This document shows, one piece after another, positions 1 to 11,040 of a stretch of DNA of 33,607 nt. The notes under the pieces are model-generated. The model worked only from the letters and a program-made list of their open reading frames with translations, had not been told where the DNA came from and did no database searches. The position numbers were made by a program, and so were the translations under genes. Position 1 is the stretch's first letter. Each line of letters opens with the position of its first letter. Source of the stretch: Basidioascus undulatus (taxonomy: Eukaryota); contig JTLS01000083.1 of NCBI GenBank assembly GCA_000826855.1, positions 1-33,607 on the forward strand, in the 5' to 3' direction.

Positions 1-3000
1 GCTGCTGCTGCTGTGGGTTAAGCCCGGGTGTCGGGCGGATCTGGCCCTGTGCGGCGGCGGCGGCGGCGAGCGCGGGGTGGCCGGGCGGGATCGGGCGGCC
101 TTGCTGTTGCTATATACGCCCAAGAGCGAATGAAATGAAAGTTTTTAGCGGCCCGATTGAGTGAGTGAGAGCTTTCGAAAGATGACGCACGTATTGCTGC
201 GCTTGAGCCTGCATAGCCGCCTGCTGCCGGCGCAGATACTCCGCCTGGACCTGGCGGTCGCGCTCGGACTTGAGGAGGCTGAGCGCGGTCGGGTCGAGGA
301 TGAGCTTGGACGTGTCCATTGCGTGTGTGTCGTGCGCAAAGAGGTTAATCTTGCGCGCTTGACCTGCGTCCCCACCCATCCCGTCAGTCCCCGCATCCTC
401 CCCAATTCCGAAGCCGAAAATGACCCGTTCCATCACTCACCCTCCTTCTTCGCCGCCTCCTTCTCGCGCTTCTTCACCGCGCGCGCAATCACGCTCGCGA
501 GGTTGATGCGCCGCACCTGGCGCCTCGACTGGTCCCCGAGCTGCTGGACCTTCTTCGCGAGCTTGGCCTCCTTCTTGCTTAGCGCGGCCTGAGCTTGCGC
601 CTGGGCCTGCTGCGGCGCCGGGCTGTCCCCGGCGGACGCAGCTCCAGTTGCCGCTGCAGTCGCGGGCGCGGCGGCGGCAACGGGGGCAGGGGCGGGGGCG
701 GGCGACTCGCTTTGCGATTGAGCGGCCAGGGCGGTGGCAGCAGCGGCGGCGGGAGGCGGGGGCATGTTCTTTTCCCTCCCCTCCTCGGGCCCGAACTTCG
801 CTTTCCACCGCTCAAAGCAGTCCCACGGCGAGCGCCTATCCGAGGGGAGGTGCAGGGCCGACGCGCCGTTGAACGCGTCGGCGATGAGTGACCAGTTGTG
901 GGTGTACTGCCTGCAGAGCGAGTGGAGGAGCGCGTCGTCGTCGGCGGACCAGTGGATCGCGTTCGGGACCTTGTTCGCGCTCGCTGGCGGGGCGGAGGGC
1001 GCGCTCGCGGAGGGGTCTTTGTCTTTTTCCTTGTTCTTTCGGCCGGCAAAGAGGACTGCCAAATCGCACCATGTTATCAGTTCTCTGAACGTGGAAGTGA
1101 GGAGGGGGCAGAAGAAAAGACGAACGAGAAATCGTCCCCGGCGCCTCCTGCCGAATCTCCCCGACGTCCCGCACGTCTTCCCACCCATCCGCTCCAAGCC
1201 CGTCCTCCCAACCCCCCCGCGCGCGCTTCCGCCCGGGCTCAAGCGAGCTAACGAGCACCGGGCGAACGTCCATGAGCCTGCTAACGTGTGCGAGGCGCCC
1301 GGAAGTGGTAGAGGCGTCGTCGTGTCTCCTGTCCTTGCCGGGCGGAGGCTCGTGCGGGTCCGTGTATGCCGTGAGGTCGGGGAAGAGATCGGCGAGGCTT
1401 GGTAGGGTTTCGAGCTTCGCGGGGTCGGAGTCGGTTGAGGAGGTGGAGGTGGGGGTGGCGAGGACGGAAGAGAGGGGAACGAGGGCGGTCGTGCGCGGGA
1501 GGGAGAGGAGGGGCGCGCGCACGTCCTTAGGGTCGAAGGCGGGCTCGGGGGGCGCGCTGGGGTGATCGCAGGTTTGGGGGAGCGGGGCGAGCGTGGGGTT
1601 GTCCGCCGATGGTGCAGCGGCGGCGGCGGGGATGGAGGGTTTGACATCCTCGATCTCCATCGGCTCGCCCTCCGCATCCTCATCCTCGTCCTCCTCGCCC
1701 TCCTTCTTCTCCTTCTTCTCCTTCTCCTTATCCTTCTCCCTCTCACCACCTTCCGTTTCCTGCGCAGCAGCCTCAGCCGAGCGCAGAATCTCCCCAACCT
1801 CCTTATCCATCTCTGCCACGCCGCTCGTTGCAGCGCCGACGCCCAGCCCTTGCATGACCTCCCGCTCCTCGTCGTCCTCTGCAGCTGGAGGCGCGTCCGG
1901 CGCGGGCTCGCCGGTCGGGTCAACCTCCATGTCCTCGTCGGGCATGGGGAGCGGGTCGGGCTTGCGCGCGGAGACGCAGAGCGCCGCGCGCGCAGAAGCG
2001 TCGGGCGCGGCGTGCCAGTCGAGCACGGCGTGCACGAGAATGTGCGCAACGGCGATTTTGAAGCGGCGCTCTTCGCGGAAGTCGGCTTGGAGCCATTTCT
2101 ACTCCCCACGGGGTTGAGATGTTAGCTAGACGACTAGGTGCAAGAGAGCTGACGACTCGCCATCTCCTCGAGCAGGTAATCCCAATGCGAGTGCGGGATA
2201 GCGGGTCCCTTGTGCTTCTTCGGCTGGCGGAAGGACCATCCGCCCCCGCGTGGCCTGGGCGGACCGGGTGGCGGCGGGCGCAGTTTAGAGTCGACGAGCG
2301 TGGGCTCGAGCGCGAGCTGCTGCTGCCCGTTCTGCGTTGTGGGCTTGACGTCCGCAGCGATGGCGGGCGAGGGGGGCGTGTCGAGCCCGGACCCGGCGTC
2401 GTCGTCGTCGTCGTCGTCGTCGAGGATGTTGAGTGAGGAGCGGCGGGCGGTGATGGCTGGGTCTGGGACGTGGTCTTGGAGCTCGCCGATGCGGGACATT
2501 GTGCGTGCGTAGCGGAGGTCTTGGTAGGCGACCTACAAGTAAACTCGAGGATAAGTGAGGTGTTAAGAATCGAGCCTGGTGGTTAAGACGCACCTTCCAA
2601 TCCGACGTCAGCACCGCCTTGGACACCTTGGCCGACTCGCCGAGCACGCTCTGAACAGGCTGGACGGCCGCGAGCGCCTCGATGCGCCAGAGGGCCTCGC
2701 TCCCTCCGGCGCCCTTGCGCTTGCGCTTGCGGAAGCCGTCGCCGACGCGGGCGGGGAGGGGGAGGAGGGACTGTGCGTAGCGGGTGTCGGGCTCGGGGAC
2801 GGCGGGCGCGGGCGCGGGTGGGATGGGGTAGACTGGGGCGCAGGAGGATGAGGATGGGGTGGGTGGAGGGGAAGGGAAGAGAGATGGGGGCCGGGAACGG
2901 ATCGTGGGTGAGACTGGGCCGATGGACTGCGGTGTGGGCGGTCTTCGCTGGCGGCTCGCGTGCGGAGGGGAGGGGGGAGGGGACGCGGTGGGCGCTGGGG

Positions 3001-3479
3001 AGGGGATGTCGACGGGTGTGGGGTCTTGGACGCTGGTGATGGGAACAAGGGAATAAGGATTCAGTACGCCGTTGCTAAGCACTTGGCTCGGGTCCGTCGC
3101 CCACCGCCGATCACTGCGAAACCAAACACTCACTCTCTGTCCACCGTCCACTGTGCCATAAACTCGTGCAGCCCCTCCGGCTGGTCCACCTTCATCTCCA
3201 AAACTTTCCCGACGCGCTCCTTGCCGCGCACGAGCGTGTGCAGTTCCTTGACGAGCGCGACGCGCGAGGTCGAGGCGGCACTGCACCCGCCCGGCCATCA
3301 GCGCACGTTCAACCATCAATCCCCCGCGACACACTGCACTCACTCGCGCTCTTTCGTGCGCGTCTCAATCGCAGTCTGTCGCGCCGCCGCCAGCGCCTAC
3401 GGGACTCGCGACAGGAGTCAGCGACCGATGGACACGCGTTTGGGGAGGGGCGCACAGGTGATGGAGCGGGGGGGCTCAT
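1..3479 (-). CDS. EAF1: Chromatin modification-related protein Eaf1/Vid21 (NuA4 scaffold), multi-exon, 3' end outside window
   Basis: HSA-like segment ([24 protein letters not shown] | ..[25 protein letters not shown], about 2230-2010), SANT/Myb domain ([40 protein letters not shown], about 960-800) and Gln-rich tail. Putative first exon ATG 3479 (MSPPAPSP) is followed by a GTGCGC..CTGAC..TAG intron. The start is less certain than the identity. Confidence 0.9.
2398..2421. repeat. (GTC)n trinucleotide run encoding a poly-Asp tract in EAF1
   Basis: gtcgtcgtc... seen directly; the minus strand reads DDDDDDDD. Confidence 0.9.
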
Positions 3480-5600
3480 GATCGCAGGTTCGGTGTTCCC
3501 AGTACCGTCCCCTCCAGCAGAATAATGAAGGATGTCAGATGGTGAAAATGGCCGTGCTCGCCGTTGATCAGCGCGCCGTCGACGTTCGACGGCAGGAGAG
3601 CAAGTGGGCGGGCTATCATATCGGACTTGACGAATTCAGAGGCCCGATAGACCATCCACAGCATGCAGGTTCGCTTACGCAGGAGGTTACAATTGATGTT
3701 AAGAGAACTAAGTGCATCCCTTAAGTCTTCTTCCATGGCTTGGAGGATGTCCAAACACTCACTCGACGGAGATAACTGCCCAGCTGTGACGGGTATGCGT
3801 TGCAGTTGGCCACCGCGCTGGCTTTCGCATTCTCACCGTCTCTATGCAGTACGTTAGAAGTCTTGCTCCCTAGATGCTATTATTTCTGTTTATGCAACTA
3901 GGGAGATTTGCTCCTGTAGCTTGTATCGTGGTGTCCAAACGCAACGGCAGGCGACCATCGTGTGCACACCGCGGTACCGAGGTACCTCTCCTACCTAATC
4001 GCAGCGTTTCCCTTTTCAAGTTAGAACTCCTTTCCGAATTCAATCATTAGACTGGGTATTTATTCTTCACCCTTCACCGTCCCAGGGGAAGTTTCGCTCA
4101 AGCGTGGAGTGCGTGGTGCGTGCCATCCCTCCTGTTCCGCTTCCGCACTGACTGCTGCCTGGCACTCGCCGCGCCCCCTCCCCCTTCTCGCCCCTCTCGA
4201 CTCTCCTCTTCCTCTTCTTTCACCACCTTCTTCCAATTTTTCCATGTCTTCTACCTTCCCACATTCCTCCACCTTGACCCAATCAACACAGGGTCCCCCG
4301 CGCATTCCGGTTCATCCTCCTTCCCTGCGTGCCTCTGCGCACGTTGTTCCGCTTCTTCCTCGGTGCCTCTGCGCAACACATTCCATGTCTCCCTCCGCAA
4401 GTGCCTCTGTGCACTTGACTGTATTTCCACTCTGGGGAGGCGCCCTCTGGGCACTACCGTTCTTCCTTCTTCCTTGGGTGCCTCTGCGAAATTCGCTCCA
4501 CGATCCAGCTTACTCTTCATACGTCGGTGCTCCCGCGCACTTAATCCGGTACTCCAACACCTTCTTGCCCTTTTTGTGGCCCTAGTGGTGTCCACGCACC
4601 ATCCTTCACTCCTCACTCTCTCACTCCAAGTGCCTACGCTCACTCCACTTTGACTCCCTCTCCGTAGGTCTCTCTCCGCTGCCAGTCATCTTCCACATGC
4701 GGAACCGCTGAAGGCACAGGTTGAACTCCCTTTAGCGCTTAAACAGACGCGTCATGAACTTCCTACCAACTTTTGTTTTGCCTTGTTATGCTCACTTACA
4801 CGGTGTCCTCTGCTCATATATTCTCCACCTCGGTATTAGCATTCGGCAGCAGCGTGGATTTGAGCTTCTCGAAGCTTTTGAAAGCCACGTACCATGTACT
4901 GGGAAGTTGATGGGTATCTGATTACATTTTCTTAAGGTTGTATAAGGGCGTCGGAAGCATGTCATTAACCAGCGTGGCGCAGTCAGCCACGCTCGCAACT
5001 GTGGCACACTTGAACATCTGCCAAACGTCTGAAAAGGTGCCTGCCTCCGGTTACACCCGTGCAAGTTCCCAACATAGGCGTGTATAGGCGTCCTGATGAA
5101 CGAGACGTAATGGTTTGTCCATAGCCAGGTTTGACATACATTCATGAAGCCAGAGCGCGCCGATGCGGTCTGGTTGGCTGTTCAACTGTGACATCTTGTC
5201 GAAATGATTACCCCGCCAGGCCTGTGGCTGCGCGGAAATCTTGCTTCAGGATGGCTTTAGACCACTCACCAGTGAGCCCATACGAAAGAGCCGCCTGGGA
5301 AGGGAGGAGTAGGCCGAGTTGCGTGAGGCTGTCTGCGGCGCAGGACTCGGGTGGGCGTTCACTCGGAGGCACCCAGTGGCTAAGTAGCAATCACTTTTTT
5401 CTGGTAACGGGCGTACAGGGGTGGGTGGGGAGCCAGCGGAAGCTGGTAGATGGATGCAACTGCAGGCGTTGGCCTTCGCGCGCCGATGCTCGCCTTCGAA
5501 GGCCTTTGCATCTTCTCTCGAGGACTCCCTTTGATCATATTGCTGTGCTTCGCAACTTGCGTTCTTCCCATCAAAGTCTTCGCGGGCTGGTAGCCCGTAG
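3480..5600 (-). pseudogene. Decayed multi-exon coding sequence of unknown family (possible transposon-associated gene)
   Basis: One minus frame reads LHECMSNLAMDKPLRLVHQDAYTRLCWELARV*PEAGTFSDVWQMFKCATVASVADCATLVNDMLPTPLYNLKKM*SDTHQLPSTWYVAFKSFEKLKSTLLPNANTEVENI*AEDT and ends at a GTAAGT donor. In-frame stops lie at 5051-5053, 4922-4924 and 4814-4816. More stop-broken, protein-like text continues to about 3500. Confidence 0.5.
4310..4495. repeat. Degenerate ~34-40 bp minisatellite, about 5 copies, core GTGCCTCTG
   Basis: Core at 4329, 4363, 4401 and 4478, with a variant (CGCCCTCTG) at 4441. Several copies share a TTC(T)TCC(C)T tract just before the core. Confidence 0.65.
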
Positions 5601-5687
5601 ATAACACTCTCACCTCTTTTTTCCTCTCGCTGTCGCTCTCCTCGCCTTCCCGCATTTCGCGCATCGCGTAGAGTGCACAGTTCAACC

Positions 5688-5744
5688 TAGGGTCTGCCGC
5701 ACGTCCGTGGCAGCCCGTGGCAGCCCGTGGCAGCCCGTCGCAGC
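5688..5744 (+). repeat. 4 x 10-bp tandem repeat (CCGTGGCAGC) preceded by TAGGGTCTGCCGCACG; possible transposon terminus
   Basis: Units at 5705, 5715, 5725 and 5735 (last CCGTCGCAGC) are seen directly. The transposon-end reading is inference. Confidence 0.75.
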
Positions 5745-7449
5745 CTGACCAGCGACCCTTCCACCACGCCACATGTCCTCCTCGTCCGGGGCGTGGTCGA
5801 TACCGCCCTCACCCGGCGGTAGCCAGTCGCTGCAGCCGCCCGCACCGGGATACTTCGACGAAGCGCCGCAGCGCGCCAGGACCAAGTCGGCGATCTGGCA
5901 GGTCGACCGGAGCTCCTCCCCCATATCCCATTCCACATTATCAGTATGGGCCATCGAACCACGGCCAGCCTCTAGTATTTCGAGTCAGCGACAGTATCGC
6001 GAATCTCCGTGTGTTATCGTGTCGTACTCCTCTTCCTTGTGAGTTCTAACGGGAGCGCCGAGTCTCTTCCAGGAGTCGAATGTCCCATTCAAAGAGTATT
6101 TCGAACCTGTCATGGACGCGGACGGAAAGTTGGTCTGGCTGATATGTGAGCAATTGTCGGGACCTGGTAGGATGGTGGGCTGCTGCATGGGTTGACTGAA
6201 CGCGTGCGGGACGCGTATGGGTGGCAGGCGTGTTTTGCAAAAGCTTTCCCAAGCGTGCGAGCAAAAGCTCACGCGACAAGGCCAAATCGGTGAGTAGGAA
6301 CAGAGAGTCCCGCCGAACACCCGTTTCTCATGCTTCAAGGCCGTCCAGTATTCGAAAACACTTGCCTGCCTGCGGGACAGGTGCCTAGGATGTACGAAGC
6401 GCCGCCAGCCTCGAAAGACGGTGAGTAGTTCATATTTCCCGCTGCTTCTAATTCTCTCATCGAGTGGGACACGAAAGGCACGCGTGAGAGCCCGACTGTG
6501 TCGCCAGCAGCACCGCCGCCCTCGCCGTTCGCGGCCGACTTTCCACAGCGACTCACCGAACTTGAGCGCCGGGTATACGCATGACTCACCTCGGTTCAGA
6601 ACGATATCGAAGATTTGCGAAGCGAGCTGCGATAGCTCTCTGGGCGCGTGGAGCAGATATTAGGTGAGCACCTCACTGCCGTCGTGGCTGCCCGACGACA
6701 ATATTGTGTTGACGGGAACCGGCAAGCAAGGTTTCTTCATGGCTCCTCATGGGCCCTCCCCTGCCCCTGTACAACACCCACATCCCTCACGATCCCACCC
6801 CGCCCATCCTTCCCCTTCCTCACCCTTTCCCAGCGGCCTCCCTCTTCCCCAACATTCGCCTCTCCCTCAACCGCCCCATTCGCCACATCTCCCTATCCCT
6901 CAACCACCTCACCCCCTCCTTCCCCCTCGGAGCGATATGCAGCGCCGTGGTCTGTCGCAGACCTGGCAGCTTCCGCCTGAAGATCACCCGGGAGGAGGCT
7001 GGCTGCCGCCGCCGGACGGAAATCCTTACCTCTTGAGGTGCGCTTTCATTCTCCGCCGCTGGTTTGCACGCTTGCTCATGACCAGGTTGATCGACCCCAG
7101 GATGATTGTTGTTCTATCGCATCTGCATTTCCTGTTTTTAGCATTGTACGTATTATACCCGAACCTCATGTATGTACTGTTAGACTAAGACAAGGCCTGA
7201 TTTAGACTTTGGCATTAGCGAGCGCATATCTTTTCGTCGATCGTCTTGCAAAGTGCACCCTGCATTGCAAGCCGCAAGTGCAGGTCGCGACTGCTATGCC
7301 ACGGCGACGCAGCCCGGAAACCACAGGAGATGTAGGTGTGAGCATAAACATGAGCTTATGTTTCGCTTTAATGTACCGCCATGTAACCTATGTAATCCGA
7401 ATATGCGCTGTGGCCGAAACTATGAGAAGTCGAACTGTTATCGGGCTTT

Positions 7450-8588
7450 CACAGACGCCCCTTCGTGTGCTCGCTCGCACATTCAACAGGTAAAATAGTT
7501 AGCCTCGGAGGCAGCTTCATTGGCATGTTATTGAAAGCACTAATGACAGCGGCATCTTCCCCGTCCCCTTGCATTCCAACCTCACTCCCGCCTCCGCGGC
7601 GACGTCCTCCTTCCTGGTTCTCCTTCTGTTTCTTAACCTTCTCGGACGCCTTCGAGCTCGACCTTGTCATGGGCCCTGATACCTCCTTCTTCGTGGACCC
7701 CGAGCCCCTCTTCTCGGGCCTGGCGTAGACAGGGTGCGCGGAGCGGCGTTCCTTAAGCTTACCACGAAGGTGACCTTCGGGGTGGGAGCCGGCTTCGAGG
7801 CGGCACTCGGCGCGGTGCTCGGGAGAGCAAGAAGCTTGATCTTCTTGACGTTGCTGCGATGGCCTCCTCGACGAGCTCGGGGGCGTTCTTGAGGCTCTCC
7901 GCGAGCTCCCAAGTAGCTGCATTCGTGGCCGTTGGAAAATGGGTGTGAGGATCCAGCGGCGAGAGGCGAGGAGAGACGTGCCTTTCCAGCTGACAAGGTA
8001 GTAGTGCTGCCCGGTCTCCTTGTCTATCTTGTGGCCCGTCAATGGTGACCGGAGCGTCTGGCGGTGTGAAATTCATGTACTTGGTTACTTGTTGCGCGAG
8101 GGCTGGTTCGCAGGGGGGCTTGCGGGTGTGGTTTGTTTTGTTAATTTCCCTTTTTTTCGGAGCTCGGGGGTCGCGGCTCACCTGTGCCAGATGGCGGTCG
8201 GTCTCTCGGTGGAGGATGAGGGAGAAACATCATTTATATGCAGAGTGCTTCCCATGTTTACAAAACAACGACATGTTTTCAACAGTTTGCATGCAGCCAC
8301 AAGAAGTGCTCGGTTTCTGCTAGCTTGCTTTTGAAACGCATCCAACGGGCGTGTGCCAGATTTTCTGCGCAGGGGCAACACCGCGACTTCCAGCCACTTG
8401 CGGCTCACGCTACCTTCCAGGTAACTATTAACACAACAAAACTGAGAAAATATGCACTTGTTAACTACGGTTGCAGGCTGGGCTTGGTCGCCGGTCTGAG
8501 TTGACGGCGCATTGCCCATGCAGCTGTCGGCAACACTATTATTGCTCACAGCGGGGGAGGGCTCTTTTTCTTTCTTCTGACCAGCCAC
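7450..8588 (-). pseudogene. Degenerate chromodomain-containing gene (chromodomain about 7861-8042)
   Basis: LTGHKIDKETGQHYYLVSWKG is followed in another frame by AATWELAESLKNAPELVEEA, matching the two halves of the chromodomain consensus (H..Y-L-V-x-W-K-G ... TWE..E-x-L-x-NAPEL(V/L)EE). Lys/Ser-rich flanks and splice-donor-like sites are present, but no clean splice restores the frame. Confidence 0.7.
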
Positions 8589-9314
8589 TTTGTCCTTGCA
8601 CGCATGGGTCCCGTTCTCCTCTGTCTTGCGACTTCAAACCCGACCCCCCGCCTATGCCTCTCGCTTCCATCCCTGGTCCGACCGTCCTCCGGCTTCCGCC
8701 CCCCTTTCGCAAGCATTTCCTCACCCTCCTCGCCCACCCCCACCATCCCCATCCCCGTCGCACTCACTTCCACCCACCGCGCTCACTTTGCTTCCGCTGT
8801 TCGCTTTTGCCAGCTGTTCACAACACTCGCCGCCGCGTCCCACCACCCAACATCATCCTCCACTGCAGAGGAGAATGCCAACAAGGACGGACGAGAGGGC
8901 GCTCGTGCTGCTGGTACGTGCCCGAAGCGGGATTATTCTGTGCTTCAGGGGTAGGAGGAAGAGGGTGCTGAGCCGGCGGGTGCTGAGCCGGTTGTGGGCG
9001 TGGGGATGGTTGGACCGCAGCCAAAGCGGTAGCTCAAAGCCCAGATTTTTCAAGGGCGTCGCATGAGAACCCGACCGAGCTAGTTGCCATTAATGCAATT
9101 AGATCTTGTACATATGTGCATGTGTTCGAGAAAGGGTAGGCCGCGGGCAATTGGGCGACGAGGTCCGGGCGAAGCGAGTTTGCCTGCGCAGGTGCGCTGA
9201 CCGACAGGAAGGCAGGGAAAACTGCACTGTGAGCTTGATACGTGCCTCTCAAACGGGCAAGCGTGAATCGGACAAGTAAAATACAACAGATTGTGTATGA
9301 CCGGCAACGCCCCT

Positions 9315-10340
9315 CTACCGCTCCTCGTACAAAAACTGTGAAGGGAGGGGTGTCAACACCGTCGTACAATCTCAGGCGCACAGTTGAGAACAAGACGCAC
9401 CTGGAGCGAGTATTTTTTGGTGTCCGGGTCCCAATGCTCCCACGACGCGCCCGAACCCCCAATAAGATCCCGCAACTCCTCCTCGATCTTCCCTGTAGGC
9501 ACGCGGAACGCGATCGTCTCGTACGGCTCCGCTGCGATCTGAAGCACGGTCATAACACGCCGTTCAGAACACGCCGTTCAGCCATACGTGCCCAACGTTT
9601 CCCACACGCTCCCAAGACAAAGAAGGAAAGGCCAGGCCGACTCACCAGCAAGTACTGCCATGCCGAGTTGGGGATCTCCCTCCTCTGCTCCCACGCGCTC
9701 ATGAAGCGCTTCCGCGGCACCTCGCCCTCCTTGATCTCCGGCAGGTCCACCTGGAACAGCAGCCCAAGGCGGCCGTCGTCCGGGTGGCGGACCTTGGTGA
9801 CCTTGTACCCGGGCCGGCCGATCTTGACGAACTGCTTCTTTGCGACGTCCGCGTGCGGCGTCTGCGTGATGAGCAGCTGCGTCTCCTTGACCTCCCGCGC
9901 GGCGCGGCGGGCCAGGTTCGTCTGGTGCTTCTTGCCTTGCGTGTGCGCGAGGTAGGAACCCTCGTTCGGGTGGAGAGTGAGGCAGAGGCGGCACTCGATC
10001 GTGCCGAGGTGGGTGCGGAGGATGTAGGGGTCCTGAGTATTACAATAAGCTACACCGGGCGACCATTCCATGAGCAAAATGGAGACGGACCTTGGCGAGA
10101 TCGATGGTCTCGAGCGCGAGCTTCCGCAGACGCTCGCGGCGGTCCACATTCGCCTCCGACGCCCCAGCAACACCACCACCACCGAACCTGAAGAAAGACG
10201 CGTCAGTATCAACATTTTAGGGCCGCAACACGTTGTACGCACTTGGAACCGACGCGGTTCTGGTAATCTGTCCAGGCAGCGCCACCAGGCGGTCAGCCAC
10301 AGCTCGAAGGCCGGATTCACAGTGGAACTGACGCACCCAT
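9315..10340 (-). CDS. SAP62: Splicing factor 3A subunit 2 (SF3a66/Sap62/Prp11), 6 coding exons
   Basis: Exons 10340-10337, 10267-10243, 10187-10091, 10032-9646, 9538-9401 and 9335-9315 give MDYQNRVGSKFGGGGVAGASEANVDRRERLRKLALETIDLAKDPYILRTHLGTIECRLCLTLHPNEGSYLAHTQGKKHQTNLARR..FVKIGRPGYKVTK..RFMSAWEQ..QYLLIAAEPYETIAF..FLYEER*. This includes the matrin-type zinc finger. All introns are GT-AG. Confidence 0.96.
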
Positions 10341-11040
10341 GATGGTTCACAAGAATACAACCAAGCTCCGCAATAAAAAAGAGAGAGCCCTGGTCAAAGG
10401 GGTAACACGCAGAGAGCTGGAGCGGAGATGGTGAGCGCGCAGGAAGCAACGGCGAGCACGTCGCCTGTCGCAACCGTAACCTCATTGACCGGAGATTACC
10501 CCTACTCCATCGACTCCGCGTCCTTTGCATCGACACTCATCCCAGGGATTAAAACTAACTGCAAAACATAAAAGGGCAAATAGTATTCATACCAGGCATC
10601 CTGACCAAAAATTTGGAGGCGCACACACTATTGGCTTCTTTTCAAGTTTACTCGTTTCCTCGTTCCGGCAGTTAATCCAAACTTTCAATCGCAGCCCGCT
10701 TTCAACTGCAACGCGCCTCAAAATATGTTGACACTTACCGAGCCCTACCTTTACCTTGGGCAAGGGATGCCCTCTGCGTTTGAAGCCGTCGCCCGAGCGA
10801 GAGTCACGCATTTCGGACCCGCTGACCTTTCTCCTGCCTTCTCGAGCCCACTCACCTTCGCTCGGTCGAGCTTATCCCTCTCGTCATTTCACGGTGACGC
10901 TATCCGCCCAAAGAACCTTTTCCAAGCGTGTCCCGCGGCTCGGACGCTTTCTTCCCTTCACAAGTACGTTTGTGCCGCTCTAGACCGCATCGCTACTATC
11001 CAAGCACCCACTCGCATTTGGACACCACTTACAAAACAAC

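Noticed and set aside
110..3481. Many long overlapping ORFs on both strands (for example 433-2109, 734-1405, 1562-2125)
   Set aside because: They are exon read-throughs, alternative frames or antisense shadows of GC-rich EAF1, where stop codons are scarce.
4310..4495. CRISPR-like periodicity
   Set aside because: The core is only 9 bp, the spacers resemble each other, the context is eukaryotic and there are no cas genes.
5687..5715. Helitron 3' end on the minus strand (hairpin + CTAG)
   Set aside because: The hairpin is imperfect and too close to CTAG, the following base is G rather than T, and no RepHel motifs were seen.
6590..6660. PRELSQLASQIFDIVLN resembling the hAT dimerisation motif
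   Set aside because: The diagnostic downstream S..ER.FS motif is absent and the match is too short.
8963..8991. Two copies of GGGTGCTGAGCCGG
   Set aside because: A simple local duplication with nothing between the copies and no associated structure.
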